A DNA stretch of 64,000 nt. It comes from Octopus sinensis. Lineage: Eukaryota. The translations under genes and the position numbers were made by a program. Position 1 is the first letter of the stretch, and every line of letters begins with the position of its first letter. The stretch spans positions 62,930,001-62,994,000 of the forward strand of contig NC_042997.1 of the NCBI RefSeq assembly GCF_006345805.1, given 5' to 3'. This document shows, one piece after another, positions 51,765 to 64,000 of the stretch. The notes under the pieces were generated by a model. It searched no databases, was not told the DNA's origin, and saw only the letters and a program-made list of their open reading frames with translations.

Positions 51765-51912
51765 GCTGCCATAGCTTTCTCTCACTCTTTCTTCCTGTTT
51801 CTCGAGTAACGCTGCGGTGGACTGGCGTCCCGTCCAGCTGGGGCGGAACACATACGTCACAGAAACCGGGAAATCGGGCCCATGAGCCTGGCTAGGTTTG
51901 AAAAGGCCGCAT
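51765..51912 (-). mobile_element. SINE-like fragment (third family)
   Basis: GC-rich body (reverse strand CCTAGCCAGGCTCATGGGCCCGATTTCCCGG) with an A/T-rich tail. Recognised by composition only. Confidence 0.45.
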
Positions 51913-52371
51913 AAATAAATAAAAGTAAACACATATAAATATAAATATACATGCATATACATGTGTACACACACATACTCCCACGTACTCGTATGTATGT
52001 GCATCCACTCACATACAAACACATTCATATAAGTGTGCATAAGTGCACACACATATATTGATGGTTTCTAAGAATATGTAAATGTAGTTATTAATGTAAG
52101 ATCATGGTAATGTGAGATGTGAGGATTTTAGTTATTCCAAAGAGTTTCAAATAAGCATAAATGAATAAATAAATGGGCACATATATCAATATCAATTGTA
52201 TGTACACACACACACACACTTTTTCGTTTCTTCTTTTAAATGGACATAAATTATATTTTTAATATATACCTATATTTTAAGGGAATTTCATTCCCCCAAA
52301 ATACTAGGTATTGAACTAGTATTTATTTGGATACAACCATCCCTTCACGAATTTAACATTTCCTCTAATTA

Positions 52372-52403
<32 letters not shown>

Positions 52404-53334
52404 TATTCCTGGGTACAAAACGTGTGCAACGGTACAAATCACATTAAATATGTAAACAAACGAGAGAAAAACGAGTGAAGTACATTAACACACACACACA
52501 CACACACACACAAACATATACAGGTAGATAGATAGATAGATAGATATATATATATATAGATAGATAGATAAATAGATAGATAGATAAACAGAGACAGATA
52601 GAATGTATTAGGTCTAGGATGGCCAAACTGAAAATGTACGCTTCATCATCAAAAGTCTTGGTTACGAGTTCCCTGCGTGCATCTTTAGCAAGTGTCACTC
52701 TATACACCCTTGGGCGGATACTTACCTCAAGAAAGAAACTGGATAGACGGAAACTGTATAGAAGCCCATCCGATAGAGTGATAGTGTGTACCTGTAATAA
52801 ATGGTCAATCCTTATTTTAATCTCATATTGCCTGAGAATGACGTTAAGAATACATTCATCTCTGAAATATTCAAATACACACTAACAGAACGCAAATCGA
52901 TGGAAGCAATGATTTTATTAACATTCATTATTCATCTCCTGCTTTGTGTTTCTTGCCACTGCGGCCTTCAAGCATGCTATTTATAGTGCTAATGTACGTA
53001 GAATTTGTTGCGGTTAATATGAAGAGTTTCTTTTACGATGTGTGGCATTCAATATAACTCGTATGCTAAACTAAAGAATTTTCATTTTTTATTCATAGGA
53101 TTGCATGTACTGTTTGAATTTAGGATTTTAGGCGTGTTCATTTGTGTGTACATGTATGTGCGAGTGTATGTGTGCTGTGAACTTGATTCTCGGTAAAAGA
53201 TGCCTTTGGACTGACAGCTTTTCTAACACCGCAGCGTTTGCTACCTCGTATTTCCTGCTTATCTAGCCAATCTACTAAAGATCCTTATCTCAAAGACATC
53301 ATCTTGTCCATTTCTCTGTACATTGTCCAATTTC

Positions 53335-53585
53335 TGCTCAGTAGAGAATAGTTGGCATAATGTATCGTATTTGAAACATGTTGCACCATTGCCCAAGACC
53401 ATCGCAAGAGACAGAGGGAAGGGAAAGAGAGCAATAGGCTGTCAAAGATGTTTGTGAATGGATGAGATCAAAGAATGGGTCGGAAATATGAGCCTGGCTG
53501 AGACATGCCCGAAGCTCAACGCAGCGGGAAGATGAGAGCTTCGGCAGCTTTGGAAAATCGAAACCTTGAAACAGGCAGAGCACCT
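53335..53585 (+). mobile_element. RTE-like LINE 3' coding remnant
   Basis: Frameshifted translation resembles (G)HVAR...EGR...WMDEIKEW, the typical RTE C-terminus. Confidence 0.5.
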
Positions 53586-53768
53586 GGGTGATTATGAAGA
53601 TGTGTGTTGTGGAAAAAACTTGTGTTACATCTTATGTGTGGTCCAGTATAGTTGTTTATGTGTATTTGTTTGCTTGTTTTGGAAAAGCCTTGTTTTTTGT
53701 TTTTTACTGCTGACATAAGTGTGTATAAAGTGTTTATCTCGGGTAGACTTTATATAGGTCGAGTTAAC

Positions 53769-54572
53769 TACAGGGTGTTCGGACGAATGTTGACCATTTG
53801 CATAGAAGGAAATGAAATCACATTATCCCATCAAAACTAAAACTATTTTAAAAAATAAAAAATAATTTCAAATATATAATGACTAAAAGATAATGGTTTG
53901 CTCCAAGTAGTCGTGCTTTGCTTCCACCACAGTTTTCAACATGGCCCTGAAACCTGGTACATGAGTTCCTCCAAATATCTTTGGTAAGATCTTTGAACAC
54001 TTCCAGCTCGGTTTTGTTGTTGCAGGCAGAGCTGGTGACGTCATTCTAAACCGCGCCCCACAGTAATTCATGTGATTACAATGAGCGGGAAATTAAGAGG
54101 CGAGAAATTGGTGCCGGTAAAGTCGTAGAAACTCTCCGACAACCGTTTCTGACTCTTCCTGGAAGTGTATCAACGAGTGATCCACTACAGACACAGTTTC
54201 CAACAACTTCACTCAAGATGTGCGGAGGAAATTCAGCGTGCGGACGCAGTGAGAACGACTGTGGTGTCCATTCCTGCTTGCAACACCGGTTTCGTACTCT
54301 GCCCTGTATCTGTCCATATCACATCTTACTGTCTTCACAGTGTTCACAGAGCATTGAACAGCAGTCATGATGTCAGCATTTTGATAACCGGCGCAAATAA
54401 TAATGGCAGATGCAATTTCCAATATCTAAATGGCTTCCATTCTTCCATGTCAACTAATTTTTCTCAATTACAACGTCAATTTTTATACTCTCCAACGCCG
54501 TTGGGTGTTCATCAATAAATCACTCTGTCGCCGAGGACATAAAAATCATTAAATCTAATTGAACATCCTTAT
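53769..54572 (-). mobile_element. Internally deleted Tc1/mariner (maT-like) element
   Basis: Weak TIRs TACAGGGTGTTC and GAACATCCTTATA. N-terminal HTH-like piece (54213-54422) and C-terminal DYC(W)GA...CNNKTEL...RF...VVEAK.DY piece. Confidence 0.65.
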
Positions 54573-54671
54573 ATACAATATATCAATCGTATATTATGAT
54601 ATATATTCTTACATAAACGTGCGACGTGCGTGTAATATAGATACTATATACATATGTATATATATATATAT

Positions 54672-54709
<38 letters not shown>

Positions 54710-54767
54710 TATATATATATTATATGTGTGTGTGTGTGTGTGTGTGTATGTATATATGTATATATCA

Positions 54768-54801
<34 letters not shown>

Positions 54802-55099
54802 ATGTATATATATATGTGTATGTATATATGTATATATCAATATATATATATATATGTGTGTGTGTGTATGTATATATATATATATGTATGTATAATATGT
54901 ATATATGTATATATGTATATATCAATATTATATATATATATATATTATATACACACAGCTTTACTATAGCATCGTATAGTATCGACCGCTATTTCCAGTG
55001 AATACTGGTACATTGTAGTACCACTATACATATGTGTGTGTGTATCATAGAAAAAATATGTGTGTGTAATGCACACATCTATGCTTGGAAATATATATT

Positions 55100-55165
<66 letters not shown>

Positions 55166-55237
55166 TATATATATATATATATAAATAGATATATATATTA
55201 TATATAGTTCTATTTTAAGAGATGAGGAATTATGTAC

Positions 55238-55748
55238 ATTATTTACAATTGACGGATATTTGTCCTCATCTTGATTGTTGTTAACACAACGTTTTGGCTG
55301 ATATACCCTCCAGCCTTCATCAGGTGTCTTAGAGAAATTTCGAACCTAGGTTATCATTCCTAAAGTATTTTTCGATGTTATTTATATTATTATTATTATT
55401 ATTATTATCATCAATATTATTCAGATCACTGAATAATAATAACTATTATTATTACTATTTAGGAATCGAACTCGGAATCTTGGGGTTAGTAGCCCGCGCT
55501 CTTAACCACCACGCCATATACCCGTGGGCAATTAGATTTATAGGCCCTAAAATTCACTCCATAATTGTTCACGGGCATATGGCGTAGTGGTTACGAGTTC
55601 GATTCCAGGCAGTGATCCGAATAATAATAATAACATTAAAAATACCTTAGGAATGAGAAACCAGGTTCGAAATTTCCAGAAGACACCTGATGAACGTTGT
55701 GTTAAAAACAAACAAGATGAGGACAAATATCCGTCAATTGTAGATAAT
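55238..55748. mobile_element. Inverted dimer of a tRNA-headed, HHR-tailed short element
   Basis: Arms 55238-55526 (minus) and 55570-55748 (plus, two deletions). A-box TGGCGTGGTGG, B-box GAGTTCGATTCC. HHR on minus strand at 55284-55327. Confidence 0.8.
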
Positions 55749-55776
55749 ATATATATATATATAATATATAGATATA

Positions 55777-55822
<46 letters not shown>

Positions 55823-56021
55823 GTAGGGAATATAAAATTCCAAACTTACTAAATCAAATTTCACAATATATAATATATGTATATAGTTAAGAGAAATAAC
55901 CTCTATTAAGTAATTCAAGTGATAGTGAAGGATATTTAAATATATTATAATAAATATTATTCTAATATTATTTGTAAAAGTGTATTTAATTTTCATTGGG
56001 CTTTAGTTTCCTTCAACATTG

Positions 56022-56895
56022 TATGCCTGCTCGTGAGAGAGGAAGGAGGAAAATGACATGCAGACCACTTCGTATAACATATAGGCTGTCCTGCACGTTT
56101 TGATGTCGTTGGTGGAGCAGTTTTGGTAAAGCGTTGTGTGGTATTATTTTAAAGAGGTTTGTTGTGCAAGGCTAGAACAATACAAGAAGGTAAACTACAA
56201 AAATGAAAACGAAAAGAAAAGACAAATTTGTAATTCTATATTTCGGTGTTGTAACATTTGTAAAAAGCGAGGGATGGAAAAGTCGTTACTTCAAGCCAGT
56301 CTACTTCAAGTAGTTCCTTCCTGTTTTTAATGGCTGGTCTCAGTTTGCTGATAATGCGGGCCTCCATGGATCTGAGATTGCCTTGTTGCGTTGAGTGATA
56401 CCTTAAAGTCCTGGGTCTGGTACTTCTTTAGGTGTTCTTTTAAGTGTTTGTGTGCATATGTTCTTTTGTTCGGATTTGCGATTTCCTGGTGTTGCTCTCT
56501 AAGTAGGCTGTGCGACCAAGCTTTTCCTCTAGAATTGAGCACACAACTGTTATCCGCCATCGGTAGCCAAATGACTGCTTCTACAAAATACCAAAGCGAG
56601 TAACCCAGATAAGAAGGCCCATAATCCCAAGTCTGAAAGGTGCTTTCTTAAACTGCTCTACATTGATGACAGAACAACTGCGGATATGCAGTCCGTTGGA
56701 GGAACTCAGCATACTGTGCACATCGATCCATCTCTGAGGAAATTTCTGTCTAGGAATAATAATCACAGATAGCATCGTGGGGAGCACACTATCCAATTGC
56801 CCCATCAACGACATCAAAACGTGCTGGACGGCCTATGTGGTATACGAAGTGGTCTGCATGTCATTTTCCTCCTTCCTCTCCCAGGAGCAGGCATG
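56022..56895. mobile_element. About 90-bp inverted repeats enclosing decayed coding-like sequence
   Basis: 56022-56111 is roughly the reverse complement of 56807-56895. The interior is more GC-balanced, with short broken minus-strand ORFs. Confidence 0.55.
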
Positions 56896-57735
56896 GATAG
56901 CAGTTTATATACCGATATAATGTTGAAGGAAACTAAAACCCAATGAAAATTGAATACACTTTTACAAATAATATTTGAGTAAATATTTGTATTCTTAACA
57001 TACATACTATTTTTTAGGCAATAAATAGAGTTTTCTTCCTGATAGGGATGTGTACATACAGACGTCTTTTCTGTAAAACATACTGCGTTGAAAATGCATT
57101 AGAGTTGTAGCTTTATTTTTTTTTTAAGTATTCCCTTATCTATTTTGTATGAATTCATAGTAGTTTGTTGGCTGCAAAAAAGTTTATAAAATCATTATTA
57201 ATGTTTCTATAGCTTCGAAGTCAAGTCTTTAGGATGAAGTGATTTTTGACTTTTACTGCTTCTTTAGAGTAAACAGTGCCAATGTGATTGTTCTAGACAT
57301 TACTGCTGGAATCTGAATTTTTTACTTATAGGAATTTATACGTTTTCGCTCAGATCATTACTCTTGTCTCTAACTGATATATGTCGTCTGTGTGCTTATG
57401 TAACATTGTTCTTTTATTTACAATACTTTTATTACTAATCATCTAAATGTTTCTGGTAACATTGTGGGATAAAAATGTGTTATCCACTAACGTTTTGTGT
57501 CTAGTATTGTTTTATGTCATGAAGTGTCGATCTTTGTTATCGTTTCATGTTGTAAGTGCATTATAAGCATAGATTTTGAGCAATCAGCTGGAACGAGAGG
57601 CTTATATATTAGATAGTTACTTCAGCAAAGATACTGCATTTTCTTTTTTCAGCATTGCCATAAACATAACATTGTATAAAACACACATGCACACACACAC
57701 AGACACAGACACAGACACACCCACCCACCCACCAG

Positions 57736-57783
<48 letters not shown>

Positions 57784-58185
57784 ACACACACACACACAAA
57801 GAATGTGTACGTACATATGCATACCAACAAACACACACGCACACAGAATATGTATGTACATATGCAAACACTCATACATAGACATGTATGTTAGTGACAA
57901 CTAGTGTGTTTGTATGTGTATAGATGCACACACATAACTACATATTACGTATACATACATACGCGTGCACACACATGCACACATATACATATGCATAGAT
58001 TTATATCCACTTCACATGCGTAGATTTAAATTATCATTTGGTAATTGAGTGACATCCTCTAGAGATTTAGATAATTTTTATAACTCAAGAATTTTTATTG
58101 TATGGCATTTAATATACACTCATTTGTCTATTTTGTTCCAATACATTCTACTGGCCACTTTTATTTATTTATCTTACTATATATG

Positions 58186-58261
<76 letters not shown>

Positions 58262-59266
58262 GTATACATATATGCATGTATGTATGTATTTATATATGAC
58301 ATAAGTAAGATATATATGTATGTAAGTATACACGTATACTTATATTCATATAAATATATATATATATATATAGTAATATAAATAAGTACATTTAGATACA
58401 TAACAGATATATGTATATATTTACACTCACATACATATACATACATAAATGCATACATACGTACATACATACATGCGTTATTGCTCTAGCTAACAGGAGG
58501 AAAGCTGTCAGTAACGGCCTAGTGTGTAGATAATTTAATTCGGTCAGCTGAAATCATTTAGTTGAAGCTAAAAGTTTCTAAGCGTGCTGGGGCATCCGTT
58601 TCGTAAAGTCAGGTATTTATTTCGGATTGGAAACATGAAACAACAAAGGATGTAGCAAGATGGAGAACGGAAATATTCCTCTGACTGATCGATATAGAAC
58701 TCCCGTTTGTGTGATATCACTTTAACAGTAAGCACAGGTATTCATGTAAAGCTAGCACACGACAGCTAACTCTCAGAGAATTTCAGAATAAATGAGGAAA
58801 TATTTAGATTTATACACGTGCACATATTAAGACACGGATGGACGATTTTACATCAATTTCGCATTTCCCAACACAACATAGGCGATGTACATATTTGCCA
58901 CTTCCATGCTCACATACACTTGCACATATATATATGCAGATACACGACATATTCAACACACAATGTTCGTGTATGCACGTTTTTAACGTACATAAACACG
59001 CAATTCCATATCCGTGCTAATGTGATAATATATAAATATAGATATATTCGCACATAAAATTATAAATATGTTCCCGCCCATATGTCAATACAATTGCAAA
59101 TAATATACATTTTAAAATTAACGCACATTCTGAATGTGTCGCTCTTTGAATATCCAATGCATATTCGCAAATACATGCATTTGCAAGCATAATAATCCCA
59201 CCTCACATAACCAGTCACTTACAAATTCATATGTGTGTACACTGTATGTATACAGGAACATACGTA

Positions 59267-59330
<64 letters not shown>

Positions 59331-59430
59331 ATTTTATTTTATTTATTAGGGAATAAAAATTCCGGCATCACAGGGGTTCAAATTATTCTCAATGAGGAAA
59401 TATATATAGAGAGAGATAGTAGCCCCCATC

Positions 59431-60711
59431 ATCACGCCATATAAACGAATTTTGATTTAATACTTACTGCACATTTCTCTGTTGCAAGTGTTTCTTGAGG
59501 TTCTTTTACGGTTCCTTAAGCACGCAGTGTGTTACAGGAACATTTCTTAAAATGCAATCCCAATCATCAAGCCTCTAAATAACTTTATCATAGTCCGATA
59601 CCAACTACTATAATTTTATTTTAACAGATAAGTATGCGTATGTGTAAATAGATTCGCCGGACCTTTCTGTGCAAGACATAATTTAATTCAAATAAAATTA
59701 ATAAAACTAAAAATAAATAAATAAATAAAATATAAAATTTACAAAAATTAAATTCTCACATAACTTATGTCTGTAAACATTCATATAAAATTAATAATAT
59801 GTAGGGATAAAAATAAAATATATACTTGCGATGATATAATAATGAAAGTAATGACAAATAAATATATTCTAATAAAAACTATAGTTAAAAGTAGACATAC
59901 ACAAGTACGAATGACAAAATGCAAAAAGAATATTTACAAATGATAAGAATGATAAAAATTAAAAATTTACAAAGTAAAAATTAGAGCTTAATTACTTAAG
60001 AGTAACGTAAAGGAATATCGTAAAAAATATGTACAAACTACCGTTGACTACCATGGTCCTACTACGTATTAATTTCGGCTTAACGTCGCAAGGCTCGGCG
60101 AAGATCTACACTCCTACCTACTTCCTGCTTCTTTTAAACTATTACTTAGCATATTAAGTAAATAGTAACACTGGTCCAGAAAATAAAAAGATGCATCATG
60201 GGAGCATTGCTTTCTTTAATTTCGTATTATTCCCACCCCTTGTTCACTCATACCGCACTACTATACCTCCCCACATCGAATGGTAAGTTAATTTAAACTA
60301 GTACGTTCATATTAGATAATAATAGTAGTAATAATACTTACGAGTTAAATTTAGGTTTAAGCATTTCAGTCTATGTTTACGTTTTATTTTTATTTTCTCC
60401 TGAACGTTTAGAAGTCCCGTTTTAGCCCATAATATCTCCATGACCTATTTCCAATTCTGTACGATTTCGTTTTACTTATTATATCCCATTTTAATTCATA
60501 ATTGATTTCTTTCGACTTTAACCTCCAAATGTATTTACTTGGTATCGAACTATGATAAAGTTATTTAGAGGCCTTATGATTGGGGTTACATTTTAAGAAA
60601 TGTTCCTGTAAAACACTGCGTGCTTAAGGAGCCGTAAAAGAACCCCGAAAAACACGTGTAGCAGAGAAATGAGTAGTAAGTATTAAATTTAAAATTCTTT
60701 TATATGGTGTG

Positions 60712-60713
<2 letters not shown>
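59431..60713. mobile_element. 1.28-kb non-autonomous element with about 175-bp diverged inverted arms
   Basis: 59431-59604 versus 60539-60713. Very AT-rich interior. Right end abuts (TA)n. Confidence 0.75.
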
Positions 60714-60806
<93 letters not shown>

Positions 60807-61086
60807 TATATATATATAGTCAATCTGTTGGGTGGTGGTAATAACTGAATCCTCTCGCAATGATGGTTTTTGAGAGAATTATTAGGGTTGTACATGGGAT
60901 GTGTAACCTTGGAAGGATGTTTGTTGGAATCTGTGGAGATATGTATAATTATTTTATTATTTTGCTTCGTGTCGCTGGTTGTTTTGTTATTTTTGTTTTT
61001 TTAGCCCAAATTTCTAATATATGCATTTCCGTAATGTTACAGATGTTGTTTGTGATCCCTCTCTCCCCCTCTCTCTTCCTCTCTCT

Positions 61087-61117
<31 letters not shown>

Positions 61118-61119
<2 letters not shown>

Positions 61120-61530
61120 CGCAGGAGTGGCTGTGTGGTAAGTAGCTAGCCTACCAACCACATGGTTGCGGGTTCAGTCCCACTGCGTGGCATCTTGGGC
61201 AAGTGTCTTTGCTATAGCCCCGGGCCGACCAATGCCTTGTGAGTGGATTTGGTAGATGGAAACTGAAAGAAGCCCGTCGTATATATATATATGTGTATGT
61301 ATATGTTTGTGTGTCTGTGTTTGTCCCTCTAGCATTGCTTGACAACTGATGCTGGTGTGTTTACGTCCCCGTCACTTAGCGGTTCGGCAAAAGAGACCGA
61401 TAGAATAAGTACTGGGCTTATAAAGAATAAGTCCCGGGGTCGATTTGCTCGACTAAAGGCGGTGCTCCAGCATGGCCGCAGTCAAATGACTGAAACAAGT
61501 AAAAAGAGTAAAAAGAGTAAAAAGAGAGTA
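61118..61530 (+). mobile_element. Full-length SINE type B with (GTAAAAAGA)3 tail
   Basis: tRNA-like head (A-box TGGCTGTGTGG, B-box GGTTCAGTCC), core, internal TA/TG tract, tandem 3' repeat. Confidence 0.9.
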
Positions 61531-61874
61531 TATATATATATATATATACACACAGATATAGATATAGATATAGATATATAATTAATCCCCAACCAAAAAA
61601 AAAAACGAACAAAAAACAAGAAGAAAAAACAACAACGTGAGGATGTGGTACATGCAAATTATTAACAGACGCTCAGAGAAGGAAAGAAAGTTAGCTTTAA
61701 GTTTCGAGCAAAGTTCTTCACAAACAGGAGACAAAGGTAAGTCCAAGAGAAAAGGAAGACGGAGGAAAAAAGAGCCAACAATCCACACAAACAATAACAC
61801 ACACACACACACATACACACACACATATGCAAACACACACACACACATGCACACACACACACATTTATATATAT

Positions 61875-61909
<35 letters not shown>

Positions 61910-62619
61910 GCACGTAGAAAAATAACAACTAATTCAACAACAAAAGGCAAGAAAGTTGAACTAAACTGTTTTAAAGCTAAAAGTGGAAAAATAGACAAAA
62001 ACTATTGCTTACGATGTTTTACTAATAACATATAAGAATAAATATTATCAATAACATGTTTTTCGCGATACTCAAAAATTTATATCGATTTTATAAAGCC
62101 TTAAAATATAAACACATAATACATTTAAATATACTAGCGATATATCTAGATATCCCTTAAAGTGCACCTAAAGTGCACCCAAAAACCTCCTGAACGGCAC
62201 GAGGAATATTCTTTGAATGCACCGAGATGCATGTTGCGGCACATCGTTTGGAAACAATTACAGTAGGAAGTAAAATTAAGTGTTCTGTTGAAAACTACTA
62301 AGAAATAACAGTATCCGTTGTTTTTGAGTGAATTTTGGAAATGTATATCTTTTGTAATATCTGTTTTGTATCATTACGTTCTTAGTTTTAATTCGTTCCA
62401 GGTCATCTTTATGTTTAATACTTTCACGATCAGTAAAATAAGTAAAAGAGAACAAGCACTATGAAGTCGATATAACGGATTAAATCATTGAGTAAGGAAG
62501 TACTCTAAGAAGGTTGTAACAGTTCAATCACTAGGAATCGAGGAGAAAAATATATTAACGAAAAAGAGAGATACAAACCGCAAAGAAGTTAATGGGTGAC
62601 TGGGTTGAAGAGAAAGAAT

Positions 62620-63425
62620 AATAATGTGTAGAACTGAAGAAAGAAGTCTATGATATTCGTTATGATTACGCAAATGAGATCGATGCAAAAATTCAGAAAA
62701 GAAAATGAAAACAACAAAAAAAAAAACCCCAAAAAAACGAGTTGATGAAAAAGTGAAATTGAAAACAGAAGTCAATGAAAATATGGCGACAAAAGGAAGC
62801 GGGAAAAAATTAATGTAGAAGGAAAAGTAGAAAGGAAAAAATAATAAAGAAGGAAAAGTAGAAAGAAAAGAAATATAAATGTAAAAATGTCGAGGAGATG
62901 GATGAGGAAAATGTATGATGAATGGAGACGAAGAGGAGGGAAAAGAAAGAGTAAATTGGAAAAAAGTGGTAGAAGATTCAGATCAGAAGATGCTAGGCAG
63001 TTGAAGCAGATGATGATGATGATGATGATGATATTAAGAACAATAACAATAATAAGAAGAAAAAGAAGATAAAGAAGTAAAACACAAGGAAGAAGAAGAT
63101 CAAGAAAAAGTAGATGCAACGATGCAGAAGATGATGAAATAATTTAAGAGGACGTTGTTAATAAGCAAGACAATAACCAGTAATGATTGATTGACATGAG
63201 CAATAACTACAACAAATGGCAAACTTTAGTTACACTGTCGTTTGATGATAATAAAGCAGTGGAGGAAATTGTGTGAATGAGGGAGGAGAATGAGTTAGTG
63301 GTGGTGGTGGTGGTGGTGGCGGTGGTAATAGTAGAAGTAGTAGAAGATATTTAGAAGATGAATCAGGAAATATTTTAACGGTGAAGTAACGCAAGCAAAG
63401 AAGATGAGAAAAGAAGAAGAAAAGC
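62620..63425. repeat. Purine-rich (GAA/GAT/GGT) low-complexity tract
   Basis: Seen directly. Confidence 0.85.
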
Positions 63426-63789
63426 TGAAGATAAATATTTCTATCTTTTACTTGTTTGAGTCATTGGACTGCAGCCACGCTGGGTTACCGCCTTGAAGTG
63501 TTTTCGCTGAAGAAATTGACACCATGTGTCATTGTTGAAAGTCCGCTACGTATCAGTCTCTTTTACTGAACTTGTCACACTGTTTGTCAAGCGGTGGTGA
63601 GAGAAAAACATGCATGCACATACTTATCTATATCTACAATGGGTTTCTTTCAGTACATGTCTGCAAATGGTACTATTAAGTCAGGCCAAAGAGCCACGTA
63701 GAAGGACTGAGCCTGGAAACGTGTGGTTGGGAGGAAAACCTCTTACCACTAAGCTACGCATTGCACGCACGCATGTATGCACGCACGCA

Positions 63790-63825
<36 letters not shown>

Positions 63826-63871
63826 TGCACACGTTCGCACACACACTTACATGCACACGTTCGCACACACA

Positions 63872-64000
63872 TAGGCATTGGTGTGTAAGAAGCTTGCTTC
63901 CCAATCACATGGTTATGGCTTCAACTCCACCGCATGGTACCTAGGGAAAGTGTCTTCTACTACAGCCTTGGGTCGACCAAAGCCTTGTGAATGGATTTAG
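63872..64000 (+). mobile_element. SINE type B, 5' part, cut by window edge
   Basis: Head and GACCAAAGCCTTGTGAATGGATTT core. Confidence 0.75.

Overview
AT-rich, microsatellite-dense animal DNA with no supportable host protein-coding gene. The SINE types and (TA)n/(CA)n load resemble a coleoid cephalopod such as Octopus (inference). The dominant feature is a full-length, intact Tx1-clade (L1-group) non-LTR retrotransposon (832-6328), with ORF1 (CCHC knuckle), ORF2 (APE-RT-CCHC) and a perfect 18-bp target-site duplication. It sits inside one unit of a 562-bp tandem repeat that carries a type I hammerhead ribozyme (HHR) motif. The second unit preserves the empty site. The LINE 3' end is almost identical to the 3' tail of a neighbouring tRNA-derived SINE. 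The rest of the window holds a CR1-like LINE fragment, three decayed Penelope-like elements (PLEs), two Tc1/mariner remnants, an RTE fragment, MITE-like elements and many SINEs. It also holds a recurring class of short HHR-bearing, inverted-repeat insertions in (TA)n tracts, one of which has captured a 306-bp copy of nearby DNA. All coordinates, pairings and identities were read by eye and need computational confirmation.
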